A DNA stretch of 64,000 bases from an uncultured Candidatus Saccharibacteria bacterium (lineage in GTDB: Bacteria > Patescibacteriota > Saccharimonadia > CAILAD01 > BJGX01): positions 1,332-65,331 of the forward strand of contig CAYMHI010000003.1 of the NCBI GenBank assembly GCA_964390265.1, read 5' to 3'. Shown here in pieces: positions 1 through 9,896 of this stretch; the first letter of the stretch is position 1, and the number at the start of each line of letters is the position of its first letter. A program made the translations under genes and the position numbers. Under the pieces are notes generated by a model, which saw only the letters and a list, made by a program, of their open reading frames with translations, was not told where the DNA came from and searched no databases.

Positions 1-564
1 ATAGCTTTTTTCTTTTTCTCGGTACCTTTTATGTTCAATATTAGTCAAAATGTAATGATCGCAGTATCTATAATAGGCGACTTATTTTTGTATGCACTAT
101 TTATTACCCAAACCTATATTCTTTATTATCTGCTACTCAAAGAAAGAGTTTCGGCTCGGCTAATTATGACGCCTTTTTTGGTTTTGGCGTTGGTGGGTTG
201 GCTATCGAATTGTTATGGCTATATATACAATGGTGTGGGCATTGAAAATAATAAGTTTATTTATAGTCTGCCACCATTGTCAGATTATATTCAGTTAGTT
301 TTTTTATTTATCATTATGATAGTGGGGTTACTTCTACTTGGTCGTGTTCGACAACAAACCAGTCTACGAGCCAAGGGTGGGCTAATAGGTATAGCTGTGT
401 TGTTTATGCTCTCAGGACTGGGTGGAGCACTTAATGTTATTATGTCTGGCGACCCCAACCAATCTCCGTACATTGTCCTTAGCTACATTGTAGGCTTTGT
501 ATCATTTGTGATTATTCTAGTAATTATTAGACACTTGGGTAAAGCGAAGAGTTCTAGACGCTAG
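1..564 (+). CDS. Hypothetical multi-pass membrane protein, probably truncated by the window edge
   Basis: About 5 hydrophobic segments; the frame is open from position 1, upstream of the ATG at 31. Confidence 0.6.
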   Translation: MAFFFFSVPFMFNISQNVMIAVSIIGDLFLYALFITQTYILYYLLLKERVSARLIMTPFLVLALVGWLSNCYGYIYNGVGIENNKFIYSLPPLSDYIQLVFLFIIMIVGLLLLGRVRQQTSLRAKGGLIGIAVLFMLSGLGGALNVIMSGDPNQSPYIVLSYIVGFVSFVIILVIIRHLGKAKSSRR

Positions 565-1604
565 TAGTCAGATTTCTTTGGTAATCTTAACTCCATACCA
601 TCCTGCATTGGTTCGTCTGGGTTTCTGTCTATACAAGCTATTAGGTCATCTTTAAGCTTTTTACTATCAATATCTTGGCCGATAAAAACCAACTCGGTTT
701 TTGGCGCCTGATTTTTCCAGTTATCCCATGTAATTTCGGCCCTTACTCCCACCAAATGAAATATATAGCGACGCATATGGCCCTTAACACCTAGATTTAC
801 AATCCCTTTAGCTCGATAAACGTTGACCGGCAAAAGACGATTAACAAAGTTTTGAAATTTGACGGGGTCTAGTGGCTTAGTCGTACTCCAAGCGAAACTA
901 CTGAACTGATGATGTAGATGAGTTGAATGATCTTGTGGTTTGCCGCTCGTAGAACCAGAGGAATCTGGGGTTGGCTGAGTATTGGCTTTTGACTGACTAT
1001 TTAACTCTAAAAGAAATCGTATATCGACTTGGGCATTGATAGATTTTAATATTCTGGCTTTAGGATTAAACGAGTGTATTAAGTCAACTATGTCATCTAT
1101 AGCTGTTTTTTTTACTAGATCAATCTTATTGATAATTATATAGTCCGTAAAAATTATCTGATCTCTGGCCGTACTGAATTGTTTAGCATTTTTCTTAATA
1201 TTCTCGGCGTCGAGCACTGTTACTATGCCATCAAGACGCACATTTACACCAATGGTTTGACGTAGAGTCATCGCTAGATCTCGAGGCTCTGCAAGTCCAC
1301 TGGCCTCTATAATAATATGATCAATGTTGCTGCCCTTAAAAGTAAACTGATCAATAGCTTCTTGTAGATCTAGTGTTTGCAAACTACAACAAATACAGCC
1401 ACTGGTGAGTTCAAGCTGTTTGTCGGTTTTGCTCTTTACTAACTTAGAGTCGATATTGATATCGCCAAAGTCATTCACTACCACGCCAATGTTAAGACCT
1501 TGATTATTTTGCAATATGTAATTAAGTAGTGTCGTTTTGCCAGAACCCAAAAAGCCCTGTATGACGGTTATTGGTATTTTTTTACTAGTGATAGGATTAT
1601 TCAT
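561..1604 (-). CDS. CobW/COG0523 G3E metallochaperone GTPase
   Basis: GFLGSGKTT, NDFG, GCICC, IEASG, NKID motifs, His-rich linker and CobW_C-like tail; start moved to 1604 (TATACT 9 nt upstream). Confidence 0.9.
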   Translation of the reverse strand: MNNPITSKKIPITVIQGFLGSGKTTLLNYILQNNQGLNIGVVVNDFGDINIDSKLVKSKTDKQLELTSGCICCSLQTLDLQEAIDQFTFKGSNIDHIIIEASGLAEPRDLAMTLRQTIGVNVRLDGIVTVLDAENIKKNAKQFSTARDQIIFTDYIIINKIDLVKKTAIDDIVDLIHSFNPKARILKSINAQVDIRFLLELNSQSKANTQPTPDSSGSTSGKPQDHSTHLHHQFSSFAWSTTKPLDPVKFQNFVNRLLPVNVYRAKGIVNLGVKGHMRRYIFHLVGVRAEITWDNWKNQAPKTELVFIGQDIDSKKLKDDLIACIDRNPDEPMQDGMELRLPKKSDY

Positions 1605-1751
1605 GCAACAACCAGTATACAATAAAATCATTATAGATCACCAAGCCTGGTTAATTTAAGGCTTCAAAATGCATACTTTACTATTTTTCTTGTAACACGC
1701 TTTGAGTGAGTGCTATAATAATACTTAAGATTAAATATTGGAGTAGTTAGA

Positions 1752-2297
1752 ATGCCCAAAATACTTATTGTAGAAGACGAAATTAGTTTGCGAGATGTGT
1801 ATGCTGCACGCCTGGAGGCTGATGGATATCAGATTGTTGTAGCCGGAAATGGCGAAGAGGCCCTAGCTACTGCCGTCAAAGAGCGACCAGATCTTATTTT
1901 GCTAGATATTATGATGCCCAAAATATCTGGATTTGACGTATTAGATATTATTCGTACTACCCCCGAGATTGCCGACACCAAAGTAATAATGATGACTGCA
2001 CTATCTTCACCCGAAGACCGAGCCCGCGGTGAAAAACTAGGAGTCAATAGATACCTTGTAAAGTCTCAGGTGGTACTTGAAGAAATGGTTAAAACAATTT
2101 CTGACGTTTTACAAGAACCCTCAAAGGGGGGCTCAACTCATGATGACCTAGTAGGTGCTAGCGGAAATCAACGAGCAGCAGTCAGTGCCGAAGATTTAGC
2201 TAAGGTAGAAGCCGGCACACCACCAGAAACAAGCTCAAATGCGCCAAGCGAGTCGACTCTTGCCGATAAAACCGCTAGTCCTCGATCTGAAGAATAA
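1752..2297 (+). CDS. Response regulator receiver domain with acidic disordered tail
   Basis: ILIVEDE, LDIMMP, MTA and K motifs; TGcTATAAT and GGAG upstream. Confidence 0.9.
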   Translation: MPKILIVEDEISLRDVYAARLEADGYQIVVAGNGEEALATAVKERPDLILLDIMMPKISGFDVLDIIRTTPEIADTKVIMMTALSSPEDRARGEKLGVNRYLVKSQVVLEEMVKTISDVLQEPSKGGSTHDDLVGASGNQRAAVSAEDLAKVEAGTPPETSSNAPSESTLADKTASPRSEE

Positions 2298-2366
2298 TAT
2301 TATTTTTCACCACAAGCTCGCAAACTATATTTGGTGAGTATGCTTATATCTGATAATATATATTAT

Positions 2367-3677
2367 ATGCGTACACTAATAGCTGATCTAATTAACCATC
2401 CAAATAGCAACAAAACAATTTCGGGCTGGCTTCACAAGCGAAGACTACTTGGTGGTATTAATTTTTTAATTATCAGAGATAGAACCGGACTAGTGCAGGT
2501 GCTGGTAAAAGACGAGGTAGAGATAAAAAAACTTGATGGTATGCAGTTGGGTACGGTACTAACCATAAGCGGTACAATCGTTACTGATGAAAGAGCACCG
2601 GGCGGGGTAGAGATTCACGAACCTAATATTGACGTAGACACACCAGTGGTTGATGTAATGCCAATTGAGATAGACAAACCTATTAGTCACAAGCCCGAAC
2701 ATTTAGAAACGCTGTTTGAAAACCGCGTACTTAACCTTCGCAATGTAGAGGAGCAAAAAATATTTAAAATTCGTTCAAGCATTAATCGATACATTCGTGA
2801 ATATCTACATCAAACTAGTTTTGTTGAAATACAAACCCCCAAGATATTGGCCGAAGCCACTGAAGGTGGGGCCGAAGTATTTAAGCTTGACTACTATACT
2901 AGAGAGGCCACCCTGGCTCAAAGCCCTCAACTTTACAAGCAAATCATGGTGGGGGTCTATGAGAGAGTATTTGAGATTGGCCCAGCATACCGAGCCGAGC
3001 CGAGCACAACCACTCGCCACATGAGCGAAGTGACTATGCTAGATATTGAGATGGGTTTTGTAAAAAACCATACTGAAGTGCTTGATTTTGTAGGTAATAT
3101 GACCATAGAAGTGATAAAAAGAACTTACGATGAACACGCCAATGATCTAAAAAGCTTAGGTGCACCCGAGCTAAATCTAACTAACGAGGTACCTAAGTAT
3201 ACCGTAGCTCAAATTCACGAACTTTACACCAAAGACACCGGCAATGATACCACCAACGAGAAAGACCTAATTCCGGCAGAAGAGCGCTGGATAAGTGAGT
3301 ATGCCCAAGAAAAACATAGTACCGATCTAGTTTACGCCACCGAGTTCCCTGTAGAGGCAATGAAGTTTTATCATCAGATCAATCCTGAGAACCCAAAAAC
3401 GGTCTTGTGGGGCGACCTGTTATTTAGAGGTCTTGAGATATCAACCGTACCGCTGCGAGAGCATCGATACGAAGTGTTAATTGAGCAGATGAAAAAAGCC
3501 GGATTAGATGTGACCCACCCGGGCTACAAGTACTATTTACAAGCATTTAAGTTTGGCCTACCTCAGCACGGCGGCTGTGGCTTTGGTATTGACCGGTTTG
3601 TAGAAAAGCTCATTGGTCTTAACAATGTTAAAGAAGCGACGCTTTTCCCGCGGGATATGCAAAGACTAACGCCATAG
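2367..3677 (+). CDS. aspS: Aspartate--tRNA(Asp/Asn) ligase, short non-discriminating type
   Basis: OB-fold N-terminus, EGGA, LAQSPQLYKQ, YRAE, HGGCGFGIDR, FPRD. Confidence 0.92.
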   Translation: MRTLIADLINHPNSNKTISGWLHKRRLLGGINFLIIRDRTGLVQVLVKDEVEIKKLDGMQLGTVLTISGTIVTDERAPGGVEIHEPNIDVDTPVVDVMPIEIDKPISHKPEHLETLFENRVLNLRNVEEQKIFKIRSSINRYIREYLHQTSFVEIQTPKILAEATEGGAEVFKLDYYTREATLAQSPQLYKQIMVGVYERVFEIGPAYRAEPSTTTRHMSEVTMLDIEMGFVKNHTEVLDFVGNMTIEVIKRTYDEHANDLKSLGAPELNLTNEVPKYTVAQIHELYTKDTGNDTTNEKDLIPAEERWISEYAQEKHSTDLVYATEFPVEAMKFYHQINPENPKTVLWGDLLFRGLEISTVPLREHRYEVLIEQMKKAGLDVTHPGYKYYLQAFKFGLPQHGGCGFGIDRFVEKLIGLNNVKEATLFPRDMQRLTP

Positions 3678-3688
3678 GAGACACGGGT

Positions 3689-4369
3689 ATGCAAACTACA
3701 GCCTATACGGTTGAGCTAGAGAACTTTAGCGGCCCCCTGAATGTACTACTTCAGCTAATTCAGCGCCAAAAACTTGATATATGTGAGATAAACCTAGCTA
3801 CAGTTACCAACGACTACTTGTATTTTATGCAAAATACCCAGCTCGACCAGCACTCAGCCAATTCGTTTTTAGAGATTGCCGTAAGATTAATTCTCTTTAA
3901 ATCAAAAGCATTACTGCCCAGCGAAGAAGCAATACAATCTGAGGAAGAAATTGAAGATTTAACTGAACAATTAAAATTATTGGCACTATACCAAAATACT
4001 TTTATTCAGCTAAACAGTAGCGGAGAAAATAGCCTAGTAACACGTAGACAACAAATCAAAGAGTTGGCCAATACTGTATATACCAATGTATCAGCCCAAA
4101 CTCTCTACAAAGCTATGTGTAATTTAACACTCGAAAAAAAGCCGCCAAAAATATTTAAACTAAAAAGAAAAAATAATCAATTATTACGAGCCCAGCTTCT
4201 TAAGCGCCTCAAAAGCCTAAAAAATATTCAACTCGCTGAAATTTCTACACTTGGGCAATCTAAGCAAGAAACCGTTATGTTGTTTATGATTATTTTAGAG
4301 CTTATAAATAAAAATAATGCTAGTTTAAGCACTCATTCTGGCCAAAGCACTATTGAGGTGCTGGCGTGA
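3689..4369 (+). CDS. scpA: Segregation/condensation protein A
   Basis: FSGPLNVLLQLI...LDI N-terminus, KSKALLP, FMIILEL C-terminus; adjacent to scpB. Confidence 0.85.
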   Translation: MQTTAYTVELENFSGPLNVLLQLIQRQKLDICEINLATVTNDYLYFMQNTQLDQHSANSFLEIAVRLILFKSKALLPSEEAIQSEEEIEDLTEQLKLLALYQNTFIQLNSSGENSLVTRRQQIKELANTVYTNVSAQTLYKAMCNLTLEKKPPKIFKLKRKNNQLLRAQLLKRLKSLKNIQLAEISTLGQSKQETVMLFMIILELINKNNASLSTHSGQSTIEVLA

Positions 4370-4872
4370 ATATACCAGCGCAAAAACTGCACGCAATTTT
4401 GTTTACCAATGCATTGGGTATAGAAAAAAACATAATCTTAGAAAGCAATTTTTGGACTGAAGAAAAACTCGACAGTGCAATAAAAGAATTAAAAGATTTT
4501 CTAAACGGATCTGGTTTAGAAATTATTGAGCACCAAGACAAACTCACCCTGGCTGCCCGCAAAGCACTGCTAAGTGATGGTACAACCTTACAAAAATATA
4601 ACGAATCACTCAGCAGCTCAGCCCTAGAGGTGCTGGCCGTTGTTGCCTATCGGCAACCTATTACCAAAGACGAAATCGCCCAAATAAGAGGGTTTAACAG
4701 CGAACAAAGCCTTAAGGGTCTGCTAGAGAAAAACCTTATTGAAAAACGTACCACCAAACGGGCTGGCATAAATTACACATATTACCACACCACTGCAATA
4801 TTTTTACAACATATGGGCCTAGGGTCGATTACCGATCTACCGCCCCTAGAGAGCAGTGATGATACCAAGTGA
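4366..4872 (+). CDS. scpB: Segregation/condensation protein B
   Basis: LSSSALEVLAVVAYRQPIT..EI..IRG; FL..GL..I.DLP. Confidence 0.9.
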   Translation: MNIPAQKLHAILFTNALGIEKNIILESNFWTEEKLDSAIKELKDFLNGSGLEIIEHQDKLTLAARKALLSDGTTLQKYNESLSSSALEVLAVVAYRQPITKDEIAQIRGFNSEQSLKGLLEKNLIEKRTTKRAGINYTYYHTTAIFLQHMGLGSITDLPPLESSDDTK

Positions 4873-5566
4873 ATCAGCCACCACCCGGCTAAATAAGCGA
4901 ATGGTAGAACTTGGCTTGGCCGACTCTAGACGAAAAGCAGATATATTAATTGAAGCCTGCCAAGTTAAAATAAATGGTCGACTAGCTCCAATAGGTTCTC
5001 AAGTCATCCGTTCAGACAAAATCTCTTTGCTTGGGAAAACAGGTGTTGATCGCTCCGACATTACTATTAAATTCTATAAGCCTACTGGCTACATATGCTC
5101 ACATCTCAAAAACAGCCGTTCAAAAACAATATTTAAATTATTACCCAAGGCCTTCTCATCACTCAAAATTGCCGGTCGGCTCGATCGCAATAGCCAGGGC
5201 TTAATGTTACTCAGCTCAGATGGTGATTTAATACAATTCTTATCACATCCTAGCTCTGGTAAAGAAAAAGAGTATTTAGTGACACTCACCAAGCCATTTG
5301 ACAAATCACTAGTTAGATCATTAACCCGGGGAGTGGAACTTGATGATGGTATTAGCAGATTTGTCAAAGCATCGCTTTTGCAACCCACCAAACTACGATT
5401 GGTATTAACTGAAGGCCGAAACCGACAAATTCGACGAACATTTGAGAAGCTTGGCTATAAGGTTGCAATACTTGAAAGAACTAGGATTGGAAATATTTCG
5501 CTTGGTACACTTGCAGCAGGAAAGTATCAATTCGTGAAAGAAAGCGACATTGGGGGAGGATTGTAA
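4856..5566 (+). CDS. rRNA pseudouridine synthase, RsuA/RluB family
   Basis: S4 domain (RLNK..SRRKAD), KPTGY, GRLD, EGRNRQIRR. Confidence 0.9.
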   Translation: MMIPSESATTRLNKRMVELGLADSRRKADILIEACQVKINGRLAPIGSQVIRSDKISLLGKTGVDRSDITIKFYKPTGYICSHLKNSRSKTIFKLLPKAFSSLKIAGRLDRNSQGLMLLSSDGDLIQFLSHPSSGKEKEYLVTLTKPFDKSLVRSLTRGVELDDGISRFVKASLLQPTKLRLVLTEGRNRQIRRTFEKLGYKVAILERTRIGNISLGTLAAGKYQFVKESDIGGGL

Positions 5567-5567
5567 T

Positions 5568-6482
5568 ATGTTGGTTTACTACGCCCTTGTAGCCCTTATT
5601 ATACAGTTTAGTTTTGGTGCAAATGCTATTCTGGAAGGTTCCGCCAAGCTACTGGCTACCAACTCTCAAAAAACTGCTACTACCAAACTACCACTAACCA
5701 CCGCAAAATTCACAGCGGCTCCAGAACTTAAACCAAATTCAAATCCATTGAGCACTCAAGCCCAAGAAGCTATAGTGTATGACGTAGCTAGTGGTAAACT
5801 GCTTTACGCTAAAAATACCGATCAATCCACTAGCATTGCTTCACTCACCAAGTTAATGACGGCTTTAACAATTTTACAAAGCCACTCACCTAATGAAATG
5901 GTGACCATACCATCCAACCTTCCAGCCTTATCGAGCGACGACCAAAAAATTGGCGTTATAGCCGGTGAAAAATTTAAGTTGTCTGAGTTAATGAAAGCAC
6001 TACTAATTTACTCAGCTAACGATGTTGCCAACAGCTTAGCTATTTGGGATGCTGGCTCGGTAGAAGCTTTTAGTAGCAAGATGAATCAGAATGCTGAAAA
6101 GTGGGGATTGAGAAACTCCCATTTTGTTAACCCTAACGGTTTAGACCAGGCCAATCATTACAGCTCAGCAGCTGATATCTTGGTGATTGCTAATGTTTTA
6201 TTGCATAATCAAGATTTTAAAAAAATTGTAAACACACAGTCTACCACTATTACCAACACTGCCGGCAAAAGCTATTTACTTACCACTACTAATAAAGATC
6301 TGAGCTTGCCCTATGTATATGGCATCAAGACTGGTTTTACTGAGTTGGCCGGGCAATGCCTAATTCTCCTGTCGCAAAAAAATGGCCATGAGATTATTAC
6401 TATAGTATTAAATAGTCCAGACCGTTTCCAAGAGTCTAAAAATATGGTAGAATATACGTTCAATAATTACGTTTGGAAATAA
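5568..6482 (+). CDS. D-alanyl-D-alanine carboxypeptidase (peptidase S11)
   Basis: SLTK (SxxK), SAN (SxN), KTG motifs; signal peptide. Confidence 0.9.
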   Translation: MLVYYALVALIIQFSFGANAILEGSAKLLATNSQKTATTKLPLTTAKFTAAPELKPNSNPLSTQAQEAIVYDVASGKLLYAKNTDQSTSIASLTKLMTALTILQSHSPNEMVTIPSNLPALSSDDQKIGVIAGEKFKLSELMKALLIYSANDVANSLAIWDAGSVEAFSSKMNQNAEKWGLRNSHFVNPNGLDQANHYSSAADILVIANVLLHNQDFKKIVNTQSTTITNTAGKSYLLTTTNKDLSLPYVYGIKTGFTELAGQCLILLSQKNGHEIITIVLNSPDRFQESKNMVEYTFNNYVWK

Positions 6483-6488
6483 ATCTTT

Positions 6489-7853
6489 ATGACTGTCAAT
6501 AATTTACCAGAAATAGCCTTGGTTGGTATGCCCAATAGCGGCAAATCTACTTTGTTTAATCGCCTAACACACTCATCTCAGGCTATTGTCTCAGAAATTG
6601 CCCATACTACCCGCGATACAAATCGAAAAATTGCCCATAGTAAATATGGCAAGTTTAATGTAATTGATACTGCTGGCTATACTAACGAAAAAGGACAAAT
6701 TCCAAAAGCTGCAATGCAACAATTAGCATACTCGCTCGATCTTGCTGACGCTATTATTTTTATTGTCGATATTACAGTTGAGCCTACTAGTGGCGACCTA
6801 TCTTTAGCTAAGCTAATTCGCAAGTCTGGCAAACCCGTGATAGTAGCGACCAATAAGGCCGACGATCAGCGCAATTCCATTCCTACTACTAACTTTCGCA
6901 AGCTTGGTTTTGAGCAAATCGTGACAATCTCAGCCATACACGGAATCGGCATAGAGGAGTTGGTGGGCCAATTAACAAAAATAATTCCTAGCAAAAAAAT
7001 TATCAAAAAATCAATCACCGATAGTATTAAGGTAGCTATTATTGGACGACCCAATGTTGGAAAATCTAGCTTACTTAACGCTTTAGCTGGAAAAAAATTA
7101 GCTATCGAGGCTGATGAGCCTGGCACCACCCGTGATACTAACGAGTTCTCACTCAACTACCATGGCTCTAATATTACTATTATTGATACCGCTGGGTTGC
7201 GTCGACCAGGTAAAATTGCCAAGGCTGAGAATATTGAATTTTACTCAAAGGTAAGAACCAAAAAGGCTATTGAAAACTCCGATATTTGTTTGATGCTAAT
7301 TGACTCTGACGATCCCGCCACTGCCCAAGATCAGCACCTCTTGGGGATGATAAAAGATGCCCAGCGTGGCCTTATAATTGTCGCTACCAAATGGGATGCA
7401 GCTGAAAAAGATTCGCACACAATGGCCGAAGTTACATCAAAACTTAAAAGTAAGCTTCAGTTTGTTTGGTGGGCTCCATTAATTTTTACATCGGCTAAAA
7501 CTAGACAAAATATTGATCAACTACTGAAAATTATAATTGATGTAAATAAGCGTCTCGATTTTAGCCTGAGTACACCTAAACTAAATAGATTTTTAGAAGA
7601 TGCCAACGCCAAAAATCCACCAGCGGCAATCAAGACTAAAAAACCCAAGGTAAATTATATTACTCAAACCGGCACCCGGCCGCTGGAGTTGACAATTTTT
7701 GCCACCCATCCCGAGTACATGCACTGGAGCTACACCAGATTCTTAGAAAACCAACTTCGCGAACAACACGATCTTACCGGGGTGCCTGTAGCTATAAAGT
7801 ACAAGAGTAAATATAAAGAGGGTAACCGCGATAGGTATAAGGCAAAAAAATGA
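6489..7853 (+). CDS. der: Ribosome biogenesis GTPase Der/EngA
   Basis: Two GTPase domains (GMPNSGKS, GRPNVGKS, TTRD, DTAG) and KH-like tail. Confidence 0.95.
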   Translation: MTVNNLPEIALVGMPNSGKSTLFNRLTHSSQAIVSEIAHTTRDTNRKIAHSKYGKFNVIDTAGYTNEKGQIPKAAMQQLAYSLDLADAIIFIVDITVEPTSGDLSLAKLIRKSGKPVIVATNKADDQRNSIPTTNFRKLGFEQIVTISAIHGIGIEELVGQLTKIIPSKKIIKKSITDSIKVAIIGRPNVGKSSLLNALAGKKLAIEADEPGTTRDTNEFSLNYHGSNITIIDTAGLRRPGKIAKAENIEFYSKVRTKKAIENSDICLMLIDSDDPATAQDQHLLGMIKDAQRGLIIVATKWDAAEKDSHTMAEVTSKLKSKLQFVWWAPLIFTSAKTRQNIDQLLKIIIDVNKRLDFSLSTPKLNRFLEDANAKNPPAAIKTKKPKVNYITQTGTRPLELTIFATHPEYMHWSYTRFLENQLREQHDLTGVPVAIKYKSKYKEGNRDRYKAKK

Positions 7854-7866
7854 TAAACTATTAATT

Positions 7867-8424
7867 ATGAAACTTATTGTAGGACTCGGTAACCCAGGAA
7901 CGGAATATGCTAAAACCAGGCACAATCTGGGATATATGGTTGTTGATGAGCTATGCAGTAGATGGGGTATAAGTTTAAGTAATAATGACAAACTCAAAAC
8001 TCAGATATTCACGGGACTTATAGATAACCAAACTTTAGTGCTGGCAAAACCACAGACTTTTATGAACTTAAGTGGCCAAGCGGTTCAAAAAGTAAAACAA
8101 TTCTATAAGTTAAATAATGCCGATATTTGGGTTATTAGCGACGATCTCGATCTTGAATTTGGCAAAATACGAACCCGTATTGGTGGCAGCAGTGGGGGAC
8201 ACAATGGACTCAAAAATATCATAGAACAGATTGGTGACGATTTTGTTCGTATTCGTATAGGCATCAAGAATCAAACTTTAACATCGATTCCAGCCGATAA
8301 GTTCGTGTTGCAAATATTTGATAAGAATGAAGAGAATAAATTACCAGATATAATTAACCATACGGTCCAAGTAATCTTGGGTTCATTAGAAAATGGCGTC
8401 GAGCATACTTCTGTCTTATCATAG
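7867..8424 (+). CDS. pth: Peptidyl-tRNA hydrolase
   Basis: LIVGLGNPG..Y..TRHN, KPQTFMNLSG, GGHNG. Confidence 0.97.
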   Translation: MKLIVGLGNPGTEYAKTRHNLGYMVVDELCSRWGISLSNNDKLKTQIFTGLIDNQTLVLAKPQTFMNLSGQAVQKVKQFYKLNNADIWVISDDLDLEFGKIRTRIGGSSGGHNGLKNIIEQIGDDFVRIRIGIKNQTLTSIPADKFVLQIFDKNEENKLPDIINHTVQVILGSLENGVEHTSVLS

Positions 8425-8442
8425 CAATACACTATAGCTAGC

Positions 8443-8491
8443 TAGACAACACATTGCCGAGTTGATAACATAAAGGCGACCACCGCACCCA
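8443..8491 (+). promoter_or_regulatory. sigma70 promoter plus GCACCCA leader box
   Basis: TAGACA-17-TAACAT; GCACCCA at 8485-8491. Confidence 0.55.
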
Positions 8492-8506
8492 GAAATAGAG
8501 GTTGGG

Positions 8507-8773
8507 ATGTCTGAGCTTAGTGCTACGGAGCTAGAACTAGCCATACTTGATCGCGAAATAGCCGAGCTCGAAAGTCGCATACGCGGGTTAAGAGGGAGTT
8601 ACCGGCTTGTATCTATGTATAGCTCAAATCGAGGCATACTAAATCGCCTCCACAACCAACAACAGCTGGCCGAGATCAGCAAACAAATCAGACCTCTGCA
8701 AGAGCAGCTCACGCATAAACAACGCAGAAAAGCGATGATAGAAGAGATCGGCGCCGAGTATAGGGCCCAGTAG
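8507..8773 (+). CDS. Orphan small coiled-coil protein
   Basis: GAGG SD, own promoter and terminator, heptad-like Leu/Ile pattern. Confidence 0.7.
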   Translation: MSELSATELELAILDREIAELESRIRGLRGSYRLVSMYSSNRGILNRLHNQQQLAEISKQIRPLQEQLTHKQRRKAMIEEIGAEYRAQ

Positions 8774-8813
8774 AAACTTATTATTATTATTACCGATCCG
8801 ACGATATCAGCCA

Positions 8814-8845
8814 GCTTCGTACAATCCTGTACGAAGCATTTCTTT
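8814..8845 (+). terminator. Intrinsic terminator
   Basis: GCTTCGTACA-atcc-TGTACGAAGC followed by ATTTCTTT. Confidence 0.7.
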
Positions 8846-8906
8846 ACAAGCTGATTTGAAGGTAGTATCATCTTAATCATTCATCGCAAAGCGCGATTTG
8901 TACCTA
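8843..8906 (+). promoter_or_regulatory. sigma70 promoter plus GTACCTA leader box
   Basis: TTTACA-17-TATCAT; GTACCTA at 8900-8906. Confidence 0.6.
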
Positions 8907-8923
8907 ACTTAAAGGATATTGTA

Positions 8924-9202
8924 ATGAGCCAAGACTTTACAGCAACTCAGACCAATACCTACACACAAACGTGGATTGCAGAGCTCGAGGCTGATACTGA
9001 ACGTCTCATGAGTAAAAGACAAAAACTTGAGGTTCGATATGATCGTTGCGAGCCAGGAACGCTATATAGCGACTGGCGAGGATGGATAAAGCGACGTAGA
9101 TGCAACCGCCTGCGTCGTCGCATTCTTCGGCTCGACAAAGCCATCGGTAGAAAGGGCGATGCCGTTACTCAACTCAAACTCAACGAAGTAGGGAGGCTAT
9201 GA
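8924..9202 (+). CDS. Orphan Arg-rich helical protein
   Basis: AAAGGA SD; 92 aa ORF. Confidence 0.7.
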   Translation: MSQDFTATQTNTYTQTWIAELEADTERLMSKRQKLEVRYDRCEPGTLYSDWRGWIKRRRCNRLRRRILRLDKAIGRKGDAVTQLKLNEVGRL

Positions 9203-9206
9203 GATA

Positions 9207-9476
9207 ATGCCCACACTTGGTGAACTACAGGCAGAATTTAATTCATTGCAGCTTGAAGTATTGCAAAATCTAAACCATATGGCTTCTCGTGGCGGACGAG
9301 GCATACAATCTGCACAAGCCGAAGCTAACAATAGAACACTTTTTGAGAAGATGGTAGCGATTAATGATCAAATTCGAGTACATCCATCTGGAACGTGGCG
9401 AGATATCAAGCGCCAAGAAAAAGCACATCGCTTAGACCGGTTAACCGAGCATCGACGAGCACGTGACCAATTATAA
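9207..9476 (+). CDS. Orphan small helical protein
   Basis: GGGAGG SD inside the end of the upstream gene; terminator follows. Confidence 0.7.
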   Translation: MPTLGELQAEFNSLQLEVLQNLNHMASRGGRGIQSAQAEANNRTLFEKMVAINDQIRVHPSGTWRDIKRQEKAHRLDRLTEHRRARDQL

Positions 9477-9482
9477 CGTAAT

Positions 9483-9509
9483 GTCCTCATTAGTTTATGG
9501 GGATTTTTT
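9483..9509 (+). terminator. Intrinsic terminator
   Basis: TCCTCAT-tagttt-ATGGGGA followed by a T6 tract. Confidence 0.65.
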
Positions 9510-9577
9510 ATTATTTATGCAAAATAATAAGTTTATACCGCTCCATGCTAGCAATGTGTAAAAAAGTCCGTTAATAT

Positions 9578-9806
9578 GAAAAGCAGACCTGCCGTACGAA
9601 TCGAACAGATCTGCTTATCACACCCTTTCATACCCCCAAAGAATTGGGATTTGTCAGTCTCATAATAAATAATTAGACCGTGGTAATGAAAGGGAGTAAT
9701 CTGCTAGCGAGAATCTAAAAGGAGGGTGAGTTTTAGACATTGCCTCGACTAGCAGATTACTCCCTTTAATCATAAAGAGCTTAAATCTATTAAGTTTTTA
9801 ATCCGA
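9578..9806 (-). ncRNA. Candidate structured sRNA (~230 nt) of unknown family
   Basis: Promoter at 9812-9840, 19-bp perfect stem (9689-9707/9749-9767), terminator at 9579-9616; G-U pairs favour the minus strand. Confidence 0.65.
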
Positions 9807-9811
9807 CAAGT

Positions 9812-9840
9812 ATTGTATCACGCTAGTGCTTATTTGTCAA
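9812..9840 (-). promoter_or_regulatory. Near-consensus sigma70 promoter with no protein gene downstream
   Basis: TTGACA-17 nt-TACAAT with TGn extension. Confidence 0.8.
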
Positions 9841-9896
9841 TACTATTTTCTCCATATTATTTATTACTCTTATGGTCTATAGATAAGCACAGTTTT

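Noticed and set aside
9813-9896. N-terminal extensions of DprA, and similarly AspS, MurG, FtsL, Sod and VIT1
   Set aside because: They overlap promoters or upstream genes; downstream starts fit homolog N-termini and -10/SD spacing better.
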